In this document: piece after piece, positions 1 to 10,112 of the stretch
Layout of the letters: each line of letters starts with the position of its first letter
How positions within the stretch are numbered: position 1 is the first letter of the stretch
Source: an uncultured Actinomycetes bacterium
GTDB taxonomy: Bacteria > Actinomycetota > Thermoleophilia > Gaiellales > Gaiellaceae
NCBI GenBank assembly: GCA_963796555.1
Contig: CAWCLZ010000006.1
Span: 14,415-78,414 of the forward strand
Length of the DNA: 64,000 bases
Reading direction: 5' to 3'
Notes under the pieces: generated by a model
What the model was told of the DNA's origin: nothing
Databases searched by the model: none
What the model saw: only the letters and a program-made list of their open reading frames with translations
Position numbers and translations under genes: made by a program

Positions 1-94
1 GGCCGATCCAGCGCGCCGCCGCCATCGCGCCCGCCTCGGTGACGCGGACGAGCTCCATCGCGATGTTGCGGTCGGGGGCCGTACGGGCGCTCAC
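1..94 (-). CDS. glpX: Fructose-1,6-bisphosphatase class II (GlpX), N-terminal fragment running off the left edge
   Basis: Reverse-strand translation from GTG at 94 reads [31 protein letters not shown], matching the conserved GlpX N-terminus ([15 protein letters not shown]). GTGA overlap with the stop of the upstream ORF. Confidence 0.6.
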   Translation of the reverse strand, partial: MSARTAPDRNIAMELVRVTEAGAMAAARWIG

Positions 95-591
95 GGAGCC
101 GGTCGCCACAACGCCGCCAGCCGCAGCGCCGCGAGGGCGAGCAGCAGGATGGCGAACACGAGCGCGAGCCAGGCTCCGTACTCGAACGCCGAGAAGCCGT
201 TCGAGATGAGACCGCCCCAGCGCAGGTCGGCGACCGCCGAGACGCCGAGCACGCCGGCTCCCGCGATCAGGCAGAAGGAGACGAGCGCCGCGCCGTGCGA
301 GACCCAGGCGCGCGCGAGGCCGAGCAGCTCGACGAGCACGACGGCGAGCGCGACGAGCCCGAGATCCCGTCCCAACTGGAGGTTCCAGCCCGACACCGTC
401 TGACTGTCCTCCCCGAGCCACGGCAGGAAGAGGCAGACGAACGATCCGGCAGCCGCTGCGAGCGCCAGCAGCGAGAGCCCCCGGGCCTCATCGCCGCGGC
501 CCACCCAGCGTACGGCCGCGCGGCCGTACGCCTGGACGGATTCTCCCAGCCCGGCCGCGTTCTCCTCAGGCGGTGTTTCCGGTGTCTCCAC
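91..591 (-). CDS. Hypothetical integral membrane protein
   Basis: 166-aa ORF with several hydrophobic segments, high GC3, coupled by GTGA to glpX. Confidence 0.6.
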   Translation of the reverse strand: METPETPPEENAAGLGESVQAYGRAAVRWVGRGDEARGLSLLALAAAAGSFVCLFLPWLGEDSQTVSGWNLQLGRDLGLVALAVVLVELLGLARAWVSHGAALVSFCLIAGAGVLGVSAVADLRWGGLISNGFSAFEYGAWLALVFAILLLALAALRLAALWRPAP

Positions 592-608
592 GAGCGGGAT
601 CCTAAGCC

Positions 609-2126
609 CTACATCCGCTCGGGTGCCTCGACGCCGATCAGGTCGAGGCAGCGCGCGATGACCGTCCGCGTCGCGAGGCAGAGGCCGAGCCGGAACGCTT
701 CCTGCTCGCTCTCGAGCACACGGTGCTCGTGGTAGAAGCGGTGGAAGTCGTCGGCGACGCGGATCGCGTAGGCCGGGATCGCCTGCGGGCCACGCGTCGC
801 AAGCGCGTGCCTCGTGAGCGCCGGCAGCTCGGCGAGCCGCTTGACGAGATCCCGCTCCTCGGGCGCGAGCGGGCTCACGTGCTCGGCGGACACCGCCACG
901 TCGCCCGCGTTGCGGAGGATCCCGGCGATCCGGGCATGCGCGTACTGGACGTAGTAGACGGGGTTCTTCTGAGACCGCTCGGCGGCGAGGTTGACGTCGA
1001 TCTCCATCGTCTGGTCGGGGCCGCGGTTCGCGAGATACCAGCGCGCGGCGTCGACCCCGATCTCGTCCATGAACTCGTCCAGGAGGACGACGTCGCCGCG
1101 CCGCTTCGACATCTTCGTCTGCTCGCCGCCCCTCGTCAGGTGAACGAGCTGGTAGAGGACGACCTCGACGCGCTCGGGATCGAGGCCGAGCATGCGGGCG
1201 ACCGCCGCGTACCAGTTGCGCGTGCCGTGATGGTCGGCGCCGAGGACGTAGATCGCGCGGTCGAAACCGCGCTCAAGCTTGTCCACGAGATACGCGACGT
1301 CCGCGGCGCGGTACGTCGGCGAGCGGTCCTCCGAGCGCAGGAGCACCCGGTCCTCGTCGTCGCCATACGCCGACGAGCGCGCCCAGAGCGCACCGTCCTT
1401 CTCGTACGTGTCGAGCTTCGGCAGGAGCTCGGGCAGCCGCTGCTCGAGCTCGCTCTGCAGGCGGAAGCTGTCGAAGTGGACGCGGAACCGCTCGAGGGTC
1501 GTCTCGATCCCTTTCAGCATCAGCGGCACCGGGTCGCCCCGCAAGGCGGCGAGGTCGTGGACATACGCCCCCTGATAGCCGTCCTCGGGCGGCTCTTCGC
1601 CCCGGCGGACGGCCTCGACCGACGCGCGGAAGCGGTCGATCTGCGCGCCCGAGTCGTTGTAGTAGTACTCGCGCTCGACCTCGTGGCCCGCGAGCTCGAA
1701 CAGACGGGCGAGCGAGTCGCCGTAGGCGCCGTTGCGAGCCGACGAGACCGGGATCGGCCCCGTCGGGTTGGCGGAGACCATCTCGACCTGCACCCGCTCC
1801 CGCGGCTCGGGACCGTCGCCGCCGAACGCCTCGCCGTCCGCGAGCATCGCGCCGAGCGCCGCCGCGAACCACTCGTCGCGCAGGAAGAGGTTGACGAAGC
1901 CCGGCCCCACAACCTCGGCGCGCTCGACCGCGTCCTGCCCTGCGGCCGCCTCCGCGATCTCGGCCGCGATGTCCCGTGGTGCGCGGCGCCGCGTCCCGGC
2001 GAGCTGCAGCGCGACGTTGGTGGCGTAGTCGCCGTGCTCGGCCTCTGCCGGCCGCTCGAGCTCGAGCTCGGCTCCGGCCGCAGCGGCGAGCGCGGCCGCG
2101 AGCGCGTTGACGGGATCAGCGGGCAA
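609..2126 (-). CDS. argS: Arginine--tRNA ligase
   Basis: 505-aa ORF with class I synthetase signatures (HHGT-type HIGH motif, KMSKRRG) and an ArgRS-like N-terminus (GDYATNVALQLAG). Confidence 0.9.
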   Translation of the reverse strand: MPADPVNALAAALAAAAGAELELERPAEAEHGDYATNVALQLAGTRRRAPRDIAAEIAEAAAGQDAVERAEVVGPGFVNLFLRDEWFAAALGAMLADGEAFGGDGPEPRERVQVEMVSANPTGPIPVSSARNGAYGDSLARLFELAGHEVEREYYYNDSGAQIDRFRASVEAVRRGEEPPEDGYQGAYVHDLAALRGDPVPLMLKGIETTLERFRVHFDSFRLQSELEQRLPELLPKLDTYEKDGALWARSSAYGDDEDRVLLRSEDRSPTYRAADVAYLVDKLERGFDRAIYVLGADHHGTRNWYAAVARMLGLDPERVEVVLYQLVHLTRGGEQTKMSKRRGDVVLLDEFMDEIGVDAARWYLANRGPDQTMEIDVNLAAERSQKNPVYYVQYAHARIAGILRNAGDVAVSAEHVSPLAPEERDLVKRLAELPALTRHALATRGPQAIPAYAIRVADDFHRFYHEHRVLESEQEAFRLGLCLATRTVIARCLDLIGVEAPERM

Positions 2127-3138
2127 CGGTCTCGCTGGGGGCGAAGAGGTCTTCCAGGGCCCGGATCTCGTCCGGCGAGCCGACGCCGATCAGCACATCG
2201 CCGACCTCGATCGGACTGTCCGGCTCCGGGGTCGTGTCGAAGCTGCCGTCCGTCTTGCGCAGCGCGATCACGATCGCCCCGGTCTCATGACGGATGCGGA
2301 GCTCACGGATCGTCTTCCCTGCGGCCCCGCAGCTGCCGCGCACCTCGATCTCGGCCAGCTGCAGGTCGGGGCCGGTCGCGGTGGTCACGACGTCGAGGAA
2401 TGCGGTCACCTGCGGCTTGAGCACGAGATTCGCCATCACCTGCCCCGCGGTCGAGTACGGGAGCACGACCCGGTCCGCGCCCGCGAGGGCCAGCTTCCGC
2501 TCCGCGTCCGCGCCCGAGGCGCGCGCGACGATCGTCAGCTCGGGCCGCACCGAGCGCGCCGAGAGGGCGACGTAGAGATTGTCCGCGTCGGAGTCGGACG
2601 CGGCGACGAGCCCCTGCGCGCGCTCGAGGCCCGCCCTGCGCAGGTTCTCGTCGTGCGTCGCGTCGCCCTGCACGAGCAGCACGCCGTCCTCCCGCGCCGC
2701 CGCAACCGCATCGTCGTGGATGTCGACCACGACGTAGGGGACGCCTGCCGCCCGGAACTCCTCGCCGACGCGGCGCCCGACGCGGCCGTAGCCGCAGATG
2801 ATGAAGTGGTCGTGCAGGTGCTCGATCGTCCGCTCCCTCCGCCGTTCGGCCAGCGCGCCCGTCAGGACACCGCCGGCGATCGACTCGAAGATAACCGCAC
2901 CGGCGTAGGCGATGATCGTCACGCCGGCCACGACGAGCACGAGCGAGACGATCCGGGCGCTGTCATTGCTCGGGATCGAATCCAGCCCTGTGAGCGTCAC
3001 CGTGACGACCGAGCGGTAGAACGACTGGAACCAGGGCTCGTGCAGCGTCTCCCGGAAGGCGATCGTCCCGACGAGAAGCGTGACGCCGACTGCAACGAGC
3101 AGCCGTGCGACCTGACGCGGACGGGCGTTCGGAGCCAT
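2116..3138 (-). CDS. Two-TM ion channel with RCK/TrkA-N and TrkA-C domains (potassium channel family, non-canonical filter)
   Basis: N-terminal pore module (FYRSVVTVTLTGLDSIP), Rossmann motif ICGYGRVGRRVG and a C-terminal TrkA-C-like domain. Confidence 0.85.
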   Translation of the reverse strand: MAPNARPRQVARLLVAVGVTLLVGTIAFRETLHEPWFQSFYRSVVTVTLTGLDSIPSNDSARIVSLVLVVAGVTIIAYAGAVIFESIAGGVLTGALAERRRERTIEHLHDHFIICGYGRVGRRVGEEFRAAGVPYVVVDIHDDAVAAAREDGVLLVQGDATHDENLRRAGLERAQGLVAASDSDADNLYVALSARSVRPELTIVARASGADAERKLALAGADRVVLPYSTAGQVMANLVLKPQVTAFLDVVTTATGPDLQLAEIEVRGSCGAAGKTIRELRIRHETGAIVIALRKTDGSFDTTPEPDSPIEVGDVLIGVGSPDEIRALEDLFAPSETVAR

Positions 3139-3143
3139 GCTCC

Positions 3144-3149
3144 TAGTAT
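3144..3149 (+). promoter_or_regulatory. Candidate -10 hexamer TAGTAT for a leaderless DUF3467 transcript
   Basis: TANNNT hexamer 6 nt upstream of ATG 3156, no SD. Its reverse complement overlaps CATACT, which sits 6 nt upstream of the divergent channel-gene ATG (3138). Confidence 0.4.
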
Positions 3150-3494
3150 GTGGGCATGGAAGACGACGAGCTCGGCCAACCCGAGCCGGATTCGGAAGAG
3201 CGGCGGCTCAACATCCAGATGCCGGCAGAGCTGGTCGGCGGCACGTACGCGAACTTCGCGAACGTCAGCTTCTCTCCGTACGAGTTCACGCTGACCTTCG
3301 CGCGGATCGAGCACGAGGTCGAGGAGGGTGACGTGCCGGGCGCGGTCGTCGCCAGGGTCAACGCCTCGGCCCGGTTCATCCCGGAGCTGATCGCGGCGCT
3401 GCAGGATTCGTACTCGAAGTACGTGACGCGCGAGGGCATCCGGAACCTGCCGGAGGCGCCGGGCCACTCGGACGACGCCCCGGACGAGAACTGA
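3150..3494 (+). CDS. DUF3467 family protein (start more likely ATG 3156)
   Basis: Sequence LNIQMPAELVGGTYANFANVSFSPYEFTLTFARI is typical of DUF3467. The GTG at 3150 abuts the -10-like box, so ATG 3156 is favoured. Confidence 0.75.
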   Translation: MGMEDDELGQPEPDSEERRLNIQMPAELVGGTYANFANVSFSPYEFTLTFARIEHEVEEGDVPGAVVARVNASARFIPELIAALQDSYSKYVTREGIRNLPEAPGHSDDAPDEN

Positions 3495-3520
3495 CGCTCT
3501 CCTTCGTCCCGTCGTATGCG

Positions 3521-4321
3521 GTGCTCTGCGCCGTGCAGGCCGCGACGGTTGCGGCACCGGCACGCCAGGCGCGCCCGTTCGGACGAAGCTGGGTGTGGCT
3601 CGCCGTCCCGGCGGTGCTGCTCGGCGGCGGCGTGCTGATCATCAATACGGTCCCCCAAGGTCCGCACGCTCTTGCGCGCCTGGCGACCTTCGGAACGCCC
3701 GTGCTCGCCGCCGCGGGCGGGATCTGCAAGGGCAGCCGCCGCTGGTGGCTCTGGCCGCCGGCCGCAGTCGGGCTCTGGTTCGTGGCCTGGCTGGCGAGCG
3801 GCCTCGTCCGCGACGCAGCGGGCACGACGCTGATCGCACTCGCCTGCCTCGCAGCCGCCTCCGGCATCGCGATGGTCGCGCCGGCCTGGTCGATCCGTGT
3901 GGGTCTGATCTGTCTTGCGGTCCTCGACATCCTGCTCGTCTGGGCGACGCCGAGCGTGCAGCGGGCGTCGAACACGCTCGAGCAGGTGCAAAGCCCCATC
4001 GCCGCCGGGAGATCTCTTCCGGCACTGCAGCAGGTGAGCTTCGGCCACGCCTTCATGGGCTGGCTCGACCTGCTGGCCCCCGCGCTGCTCGGCGTCGTCG
4101 TGGCTGGGCGGACGAAGCTCGGCGCCGCCGTCGTCACCGGCGTCGCCGCCGGCCTCTGGGGGCTGCTCTTCTACGTCACCGACGTGGTCGCAGCGACGGT
4201 GCCCGTTCTCGCCGGGCTAGCGTACGCCGCTGTCGATGCGCATCGCAATCGTCTCCGACATCCACTCGAACCTGCGCGCGCTGGAGGCGGTCCTCGCGGC
4301 GATCGACCAGGAGGCACCTGA
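3521..4321 (+). CDS. Polytopic membrane protein, possible GxGD-type (presenilin/SPP-like) intramembrane protease
   Basis: 266-aa ORF with about 7-8 hydrophobic helices. Motifs in order: AVLDILLVW, FMGWLDLLAP, TVPVLAGL. The last 86 nt overlap the next gene. Confidence 0.55.
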   Translation: MLCAVQAATVAAPARQARPFGRSWVWLAVPAVLLGGGVLIINTVPQGPHALARLATFGTPVLAAAGGICKGSRRWWLWPPAAVGLWFVAWLASGLVRDAAGTTLIALACLAAASGIAMVAPAWSIRVGLICLAVLDILLVWATPSVQRASNTLEQVQSPIAAGRSLPALQQVSFGHAFMGWLDLLAPALLGVVVAGRTKLGAAVVTGVAAGLWGLLFYVTDVVAATVPVLAGLAYAAVDAHRNRLRHPLEPARAGGGPRGDRPGGT

Positions 4322-4964
4322 CGAGCTCTGGTGCCTCGGCGATCTCGTCGGCTACGGAGCCCGGCCGAACGAGTGCTGCGCCGCGATCGCGGCGCGGGCC
4401 GACGTCTGCCTGGCCGGCAACCACGATCTCGCCATCCGGGGAACGATCGATCTCGCGGAGTTCGGCGGCGAGGCGGGCGTCGCCGCGACCTGGACACGCA
4501 GCGTCCTCGCACCCGAGGCACAGGCGCTGCTCGACCGCCTGGAGCCACAGGGCTCTGCCCACGGCGTCGCGCTCTACCACGGCTCGGCCCGCGACCCCGT
4601 CTGGGAGTACGTCCTCGGCGACGAGGGCGCGCGGGCGACGCTCGAGCTCGCGGGCTCGCCGCTCGTGCTCGTCGGCCACAGCCACGTCGCGCTGCAGGTC
4701 GTGCAGTCGGGCGACGAGCTCCAAGGCGGCCTCGCGCCGGCAGGCACCGAGCTCGCCCTCGAAGGCGCGCGGGCGCTGCTCAACCCCGGCTCAGTCGGCC
4801 AGCCGCGAGACGGCGATCCGCGGGCCGCGTACCTCCTGCTCGACCTCGAGACACACCACGCGAGCTTTCGCCGCGTCGGGTACGACGTCGAGCAGACGCA
4901 GCGCGAGATCCGAGACGCAGGCCTGCCCGAGATGCTCGCCGCCCGGCTCACGCTCGGGCTGTAG
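4236..4964 (+). CDS. Metallophosphoesterase family protein (YfcE/MJ0936-like)
   Basis: MRIAIVSDIHSNL..., GDLVGYG, GNHD and GHSH motifs of calcineurin-like phosphoesterases. Confidence 0.85.
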   Translation: MRIAIVSDIHSNLRALEAVLAAIDQEAPDELWCLGDLVGYGARPNECCAAIAARADVCLAGNHDLAIRGTIDLAEFGGEAGVAATWTRSVLAPEAQALLDRLEPQGSAHGVALYHGSARDPVWEYVLGDEGARATLELAGSPLVLVGHSHVALQVVQSGDELQGGLAPAGTELALEGARALLNPGSVGQPRDGDPRAAYLLLDLETHHASFRRVGYDVEQTQREIRDAGLPEMLAARLTLGL

Positions 4965-4967
4965 CTT

Positions 4968-5621
4968 CTAGGCCGCCGGGAGAGCGGGCGGTGCGAGCAC
5001 GGGCACCGGCACGAGGCTGGGCGCTGCAACTGAGGCCGCAGCCGCAACCGTGGGAACCTCGCGCTCCTCGTAGAACTCGATCCCCTCGCGGGCGAGAGCG
5101 AGCTGGACGTCTTCGCGCGCCTTCCAGATCCGCCACTTGACCGTTGCGAGCGTCACTTCGAGCGAGTCGGCAATCTCGGTGTAGGAGAGCCCGACCACGT
5201 CGCGCAGCAGGAGCGCCATCTTCAGGTCGACGCTGAGCGCCTCGACCGCGCGCCAGACGGCGTCGATCGCCTCGAGCCGCTCGAACGGCGCGTCGACGAC
5301 CTCGAGCGGCGGGATGTCGTCGAGATCCACCACCGCCCGCGGACGGCGCTCGGTCGCCCGCAACTCGTCGAGCACGCGGTTCTTCGTCACCTGGAAGAGC
5401 CACGTCGTGAACTTCGAGCCGTGCGAGAAACGTGGCAGGCCCTGGAAGACGCGGAGGAAGACCTCCTGCGTCAAATCCTCGGCGAGCGAACGGTCACCGA
5501 CCATGCGCAGCACGTAGTTGTAGACCGGAATTTGATAGGCGCGGACGATGATCGAGAAAGCTCGTTCATCGCCCCGCTGCGCCTTCCGCAGTACGCCGAA
5601 GTCTGGCTGGGGCAGCGACAA
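4968..5621 (-). CDS. ECF-type RNA polymerase sigma-70 factor with Ala/Pro-rich C-terminal tail
   Basis: Region 2 (DLTQEVFLRVF, TWLFQVTKNRVLD) and region 4 (LSYTEIADSLEVTLATVKWRIWKAR). The ORF opens at 5693 but overlaps the gpmI 3' end, so TTG 5621 is the proposed start. Confidence 0.8.
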   Translation of the reverse strand: MSLPQPDFGVLRKAQRGDERAFSIIVRAYQIPVYNYVLRMVGDRSLAEDLTQEVFLRVFQGLPRFSHGSKFTTWLFQVTKNRVLDELRATERRPRAVVDLDDIPPLEVVDAPFERLEAIDAVWRAVEALSVDLKMALLLRDVVGLSYTEIADSLEVTLATVKWRIWKAREDVQLALAREGIEFYEEREVPTVAAAASVAAPSLVPVPVLAPPALPAA

Positions 5622-5630
5622 GGTGGCGGC

Positions 5631-5636
5631 AGTATA
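5631..5636 (-). promoter_or_regulatory. Candidate -10 hexamer TATACT upstream of the ECF sigma gene
   Basis: TATACT on the minus strand 9 nt upstream of TTG 5621. It lies in an AT-rich patch covering the last codons of gpmI (AAA AAT CTC GTA CAA ATC CCG TAA). Confidence 0.35.
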
Positions 5637-5646
5637 GACCGATTGT

Positions 5647-7101
5647 TTACGGGATTTGTACGAGATTTTTACCGGACATCTCAGTTGGCGCATCTAGGCC
5701 AAGGAGCGCCAGAATCGTCGGCGCGACGTCGGAGAGCTCGCCGTCACGCAAACCGGCCTGGGGAGCGGTCAGGATCACCGGCACCGGGTTCGTCGTGTGG
5801 GCCGTGTGCGGGCTTCCGTCCTCCTGCAGGAGCGTTTCCGCGTTGCCGTGGTCGGCGATGACGAGCGAGACACCGCCCGCGCGTTCGACCGCGTCGAGGA
5901 CGCGTCCGAGGCACTCGTCGGCCGTCTCCACCGCTTCCACGACGGCCGGAATCACGCCGGTGTGCCCGACCATGTCCGCGTTCGCGAAATTGACCACGAC
6001 GAAGCCGTATCCGTCCTCCTCGATCGCACGCACGACGCGGTCGGCGACCTCAGGCCCGGACATCTGCGGCTTGTGGTCGTAGCTCGGCACGTCGCGCGGC
6101 GAATCGACGAGGATCCGGTCCTCGCCGGCGAACGGCTCCTCGCGCCCCCCGTCGAGGAAGTACGTGACGTGCGCGTACTTCTCCGTCTCGGCCGAGTGGA
6201 GCTGGCGGATCCCGTGCGCCGCGAGCACCTCGGCGAGCGTGTTCTCGACGACGTGCTCGGGGAAGGCGACCGGGAAGTCGAAGTCGGCGCGGTAGCGGGT
6301 CATCGTCGTCAGGTCGACGCCGAGCTCGGCGAGCTTCTCGGAGAGCTGGCGCGTGCGGTCGGGGCGGAAGTTGAAGAAAATCGCGGTGTCGCGCTCGGGA
6401 TCGAGGCGCGGGCGGCCGTCGATGACGACCGGCTCGATGAACTCGTCCGTGACGCCGCGGTCGTAGCTCGCCTGCACCGCAGCGACGGGATCGTCCGCGT
6501 GCTCGCCCTCGCCGGCCACGATCGCGCGGAGCGCGCGCTCGGTGCGGTCCCAGCGCTTGTCGCGATCCATCGCGTAATACCGCCCCGCCACCGTCGCGAT
6601 GCGGTCGACCGGCAGCTCGACCAGGTCGTGCACCGCCGAGTGTGGCGACACGTCGCGCCCGTCGGTGAACGTGTGAATCCACGTCTTCTCCGGGGCGAAC
6701 GTGAGCAGCGCCTGAAGGTGGTCGATGTGCGAATGGACCCCGCCGTGCGAGACGAGCCCGAGCAGATGGACGTTTTCGCCGCGCTCGAAGGCGCCGCGCA
6801 GGACCTCGTTCTCGAAGAGCTCGCCGGACTCGATCGCCTTGTTCACGCGCACGAGATCCTGGAAAAGGATCCGCCCCGAGCCGATCGTCAGGTGCCCCAC
6901 CTCGGAGTTGCCCATCTGCCCCTCCGGCAGGCCGACGGCCGGGCCCGAAGCGACGAGCTGCGCGTGCGGGAAGTCATGCCACAACCGGTCGAAGACGGGC
7001 GTGTCCGCGAGCTCGATCGCGTTGCCGGGGCCGGGCGGCGCGATTCCCCAGCCGTCGAGGATGACGAGCGCTACGAGGGGATACGTGCTGCCGTCTCGCA
7101 T
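5647..7101 (-). CDS. gpmI: 2,3-bisphosphoglycerate-independent phosphoglycerate mutase
   Basis: MRDGSTYPLVALVILDGWG..., SEVGHL, GGVHSH and ADHGNAE motifs. The first 105 codons of the listed ORF overlap tpiA and were trimmed. Confidence 0.9.
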   Translation of the reverse strand: MRDGSTYPLVALVILDGWGIAPPGPGNAIELADTPVFDRLWHDFPHAQLVASGPAVGLPEGQMGNSEVGHLTIGSGRILFQDLVRVNKAIESGELFENEVLRGAFERGENVHLLGLVSHGGVHSHIDHLQALLTFAPEKTWIHTFTDGRDVSPHSAVHDLVELPVDRIATVAGRYYAMDRDKRWDRTERALRAIVAGEGEHADDPVAAVQASYDRGVTDEFIEPVVIDGRPRLDPERDTAIFFNFRPDRTRQLSEKLAELGVDLTTMTRYRADFDFPVAFPEHVVENTLAEVLAAHGIRQLHSAETEKYAHVTYFLDGGREEPFAGEDRILVDSPRDVPSYDHKPQMSGPEVADRVVRAIEEDGYGFVVVNFANADMVGHTGVIPAVVEAVETADECLGRVLDAVERAGGVSLVIADHGNAETLLQEDGSPHTAHTTNPVPVILTAPQAGLRDGELSDVAPTILALLGLDAPTEMSGKNLVQIP

Positions 7102-7733
7102 ATCGCCTTGAAGGAGTCGACGTCGAGTGAGGCCCCGCCGACGAGCGCGCCGTCGACGTCGGGCTGCGCGAGCAGCGTGCCGGCGTTGTCCGGCTTGACC
7201 GAGCCGCCGTAGAGAACCGGCGCCTCGAGCAGCGACTTGATGAAGGCGTGCGCCTCCTGCGCCGTCTCCGGCGTCGCAGTGAGACCGGTGCCGATCGCCC
7301 AGACCGGCTCGTACGCGAGCACGAGCGCGGGATGCGGCTCGAGCACCGACAGCTGGCGGCGGAGGACGTCCTCGGTCTCCCCCGCCTCGCGCTGCTCGTG
7401 CGTCTCGCCGACACACGCGATCACGCGCAGGCCGGCCTCGAGCGCCGCAACGGCGCGCTTGGCGACGGTCTCGTCGGTCTCGCCGAAGTACTGCCGCCGT
7501 TCGGAGTGGCCCACGAGGGAGCCGACGACGCCGAGCTCGAGCAGCAGCGGCGCGGAGATCTCGCCCGTGAACGCACCTTCCTGCTCCCAGTGCACGTTCT
7601 GCGCGTACGTCGTCAGGCCGGCGGCCACGCAGTCGCGCAGGCGGGTAAACGGCGGACAGACGACCGCGTCGAGCCCCGCGAGCGCAGCGGGGTCAGGCCC
7701 GCGAAACATCTTCCAGTTGCCGGCGATGAGCAT
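7071..7733 (-). CDS. tpiA: Triosephosphate isomerase
   Basis: MLIAGNWKM..., VGHSERR, AYEPVWAIGTG and GGASL motifs. Confidence 0.92.
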   Translation of the reverse strand: MLIAGNWKMFRGPDPAALAGLDAVVCPPFTRLRDCVAAGLTTYAQNVHWEQEGAFTGEISAPLLLELGVVGSLVGHSERRQYFGETDETVAKRAVAALEAGLRVIACVGETHEQREAGETEDVLRRQLSVLEPHPALVLAYEPVWAIGTGLTATPETAQEAHAFIKSLLEAPVLYGGSVKPDNAGTLLAQPDVDGALVGGASLDVDSFKAICETAARIPS

Positions 7734-7742
7734 CGAGAGATC

Positions 7743-8795
7743 CTAGGCCGACGGGATAGCCGCCACGCCCGGTAGCTCCTTGCCTTCGAGCAGCTCGAGG
7801 CTCGCGCCGCCGCCGGTCGAGACCCACGAGACGCGGTCGGCGAGGTCGAGCTCGTTCAGCGCGCGCACGGAGTCGGCGCCGCCGACGACCGAGAACGCGG
7901 CCTGGTTCGCGGCGACCGCCTCGGCGACGGCCTTCGTGCCTTCCGCGAACGGCGGCCACTCGAAGACGCCCATCGGCCCGTTCCAGAAGATGGTGCGCGC
8001 CTCCTCGATCCGCTCCACGAACCGGGTGCGGGTCTCGGGCCCGATGTCGAGGCCGAGCCAGCCGTCCGGCAGCTCCTCGTAGGCGTAGATGCGCGACTCG
8101 GCGTTACGGGCGAACTCGGCGGCTCCGACGACGTCGACGGGTAGCTCGACGTCAAAGCCGAGCGGGCTCCCGTCGCGCAGCTCCTCGGCCATCTTGCCGC
8201 CGATGAGCACCGTGTCGGCCCGGCCGCCGAGGTTGCGCAGCACGCCGAGCTTGTCCTCGACCTTGGCACCACCGGAGACGAGCACGAACGGCCGCTCGAC
8301 CTCTCCGAGCAGGCGGCCGAGATGCTCGAGCTCGTCCAGCAGCAGCAGGCCCGCGTAGGCCGGCAGCAGGTGCGTGACAGCCTCGGTCGACGCGTGGGCC
8401 CGGTGCGCCGAGCCGAACGCGTCGTCGACGTAGAGGTCGCAGCCGGCAGCGAGCTCGCGCGCGAAGCGCTCGTCGTTCGCCGTCTCGCCCGGATCGAAGC
8501 GCGTGTTCTCGAGCACGTGGACCCGCTCGTTCGGCAGGAGCTCTCGCAGCCGCGCCGCGACCGGCGCCATCGCGTACTTCGCGCGGTCCTCCTCCGTTTT
8601 CGGCCGGCCGAGGTGCGAGCAGACTCGGACCGCGGCCGCGCCTTGCCCGAGCAGGAGCTCGAGCGTCGGCAGCGAGGCCCGGATGCGGGTGTCGTCGGCG
8701 ACCCGGCCGTCCTCGAGCGGCACGTTCAGATCCGCGCGGACCAGGACGGTCTTGCCCGCGACGTCGGCGTCGCGAACCGAACGCGGCATGCGCAT
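7743..8795 (-). CDS. pgk: Phosphoglycerate kinase
   Basis: KTVLVRADLNVP, SHLGRP, FWNGPMGVFE and STGGGASLE motifs. Start moved to the ATG downstream of the gap stop. Confidence 0.9.
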   Translation of the reverse strand: MRMPRSVRDADVAGKTVLVRADLNVPLEDGRVADDTRIRASLPTLELLLGQGAAAVRVCSHLGRPKTEEDRAKYAMAPVAARLRELLPNERVHVLENTRFDPGETANDERFARELAAGCDLYVDDAFGSAHRAHASTEAVTHLLPAYAGLLLLDELEHLGRLLGEVERPFVLVSGGAKVEDKLGVLRNLGGRADTVLIGGKMAEELRDGSPLGFDVELPVDVVGAAEFARNAESRIYAYEELPDGWLGLDIGPETRTRFVERIEEARTIFWNGPMGVFEWPPFAEGTKAVAEAVAANQAAFSVVGGADSVRALNELDLADRVSWVSTGGGASLELLEGKELPGVAAIPSA

Positions 8796-8803
8796 CGCTC
8801 GTC

Positions 8804-10081
<1,278 letters not shown>

Positions 10082-10112
10082 CTAGGCGACCTACAACGCA
10101 TAGCGAGATTCT

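Noticed and set aside
723-2420. Long Arg/Ala/Pro/Gly-rich ORFs antisense or out of frame to recognisable genes. Examples: 723-2420(+), 5797-7212(+), 16056-18143(-), 18692-21151(+), 18753-20972(-) upstream part, 35622-37241(+), 38999-40900(+), 58885-61062(-), 53999-55489(-).
   Set aside because: Typical shadow ORFs of a very GC-rich genome. They have low-complexity composition and no recognisable motifs, and each overlaps a gene with clear family signatures.
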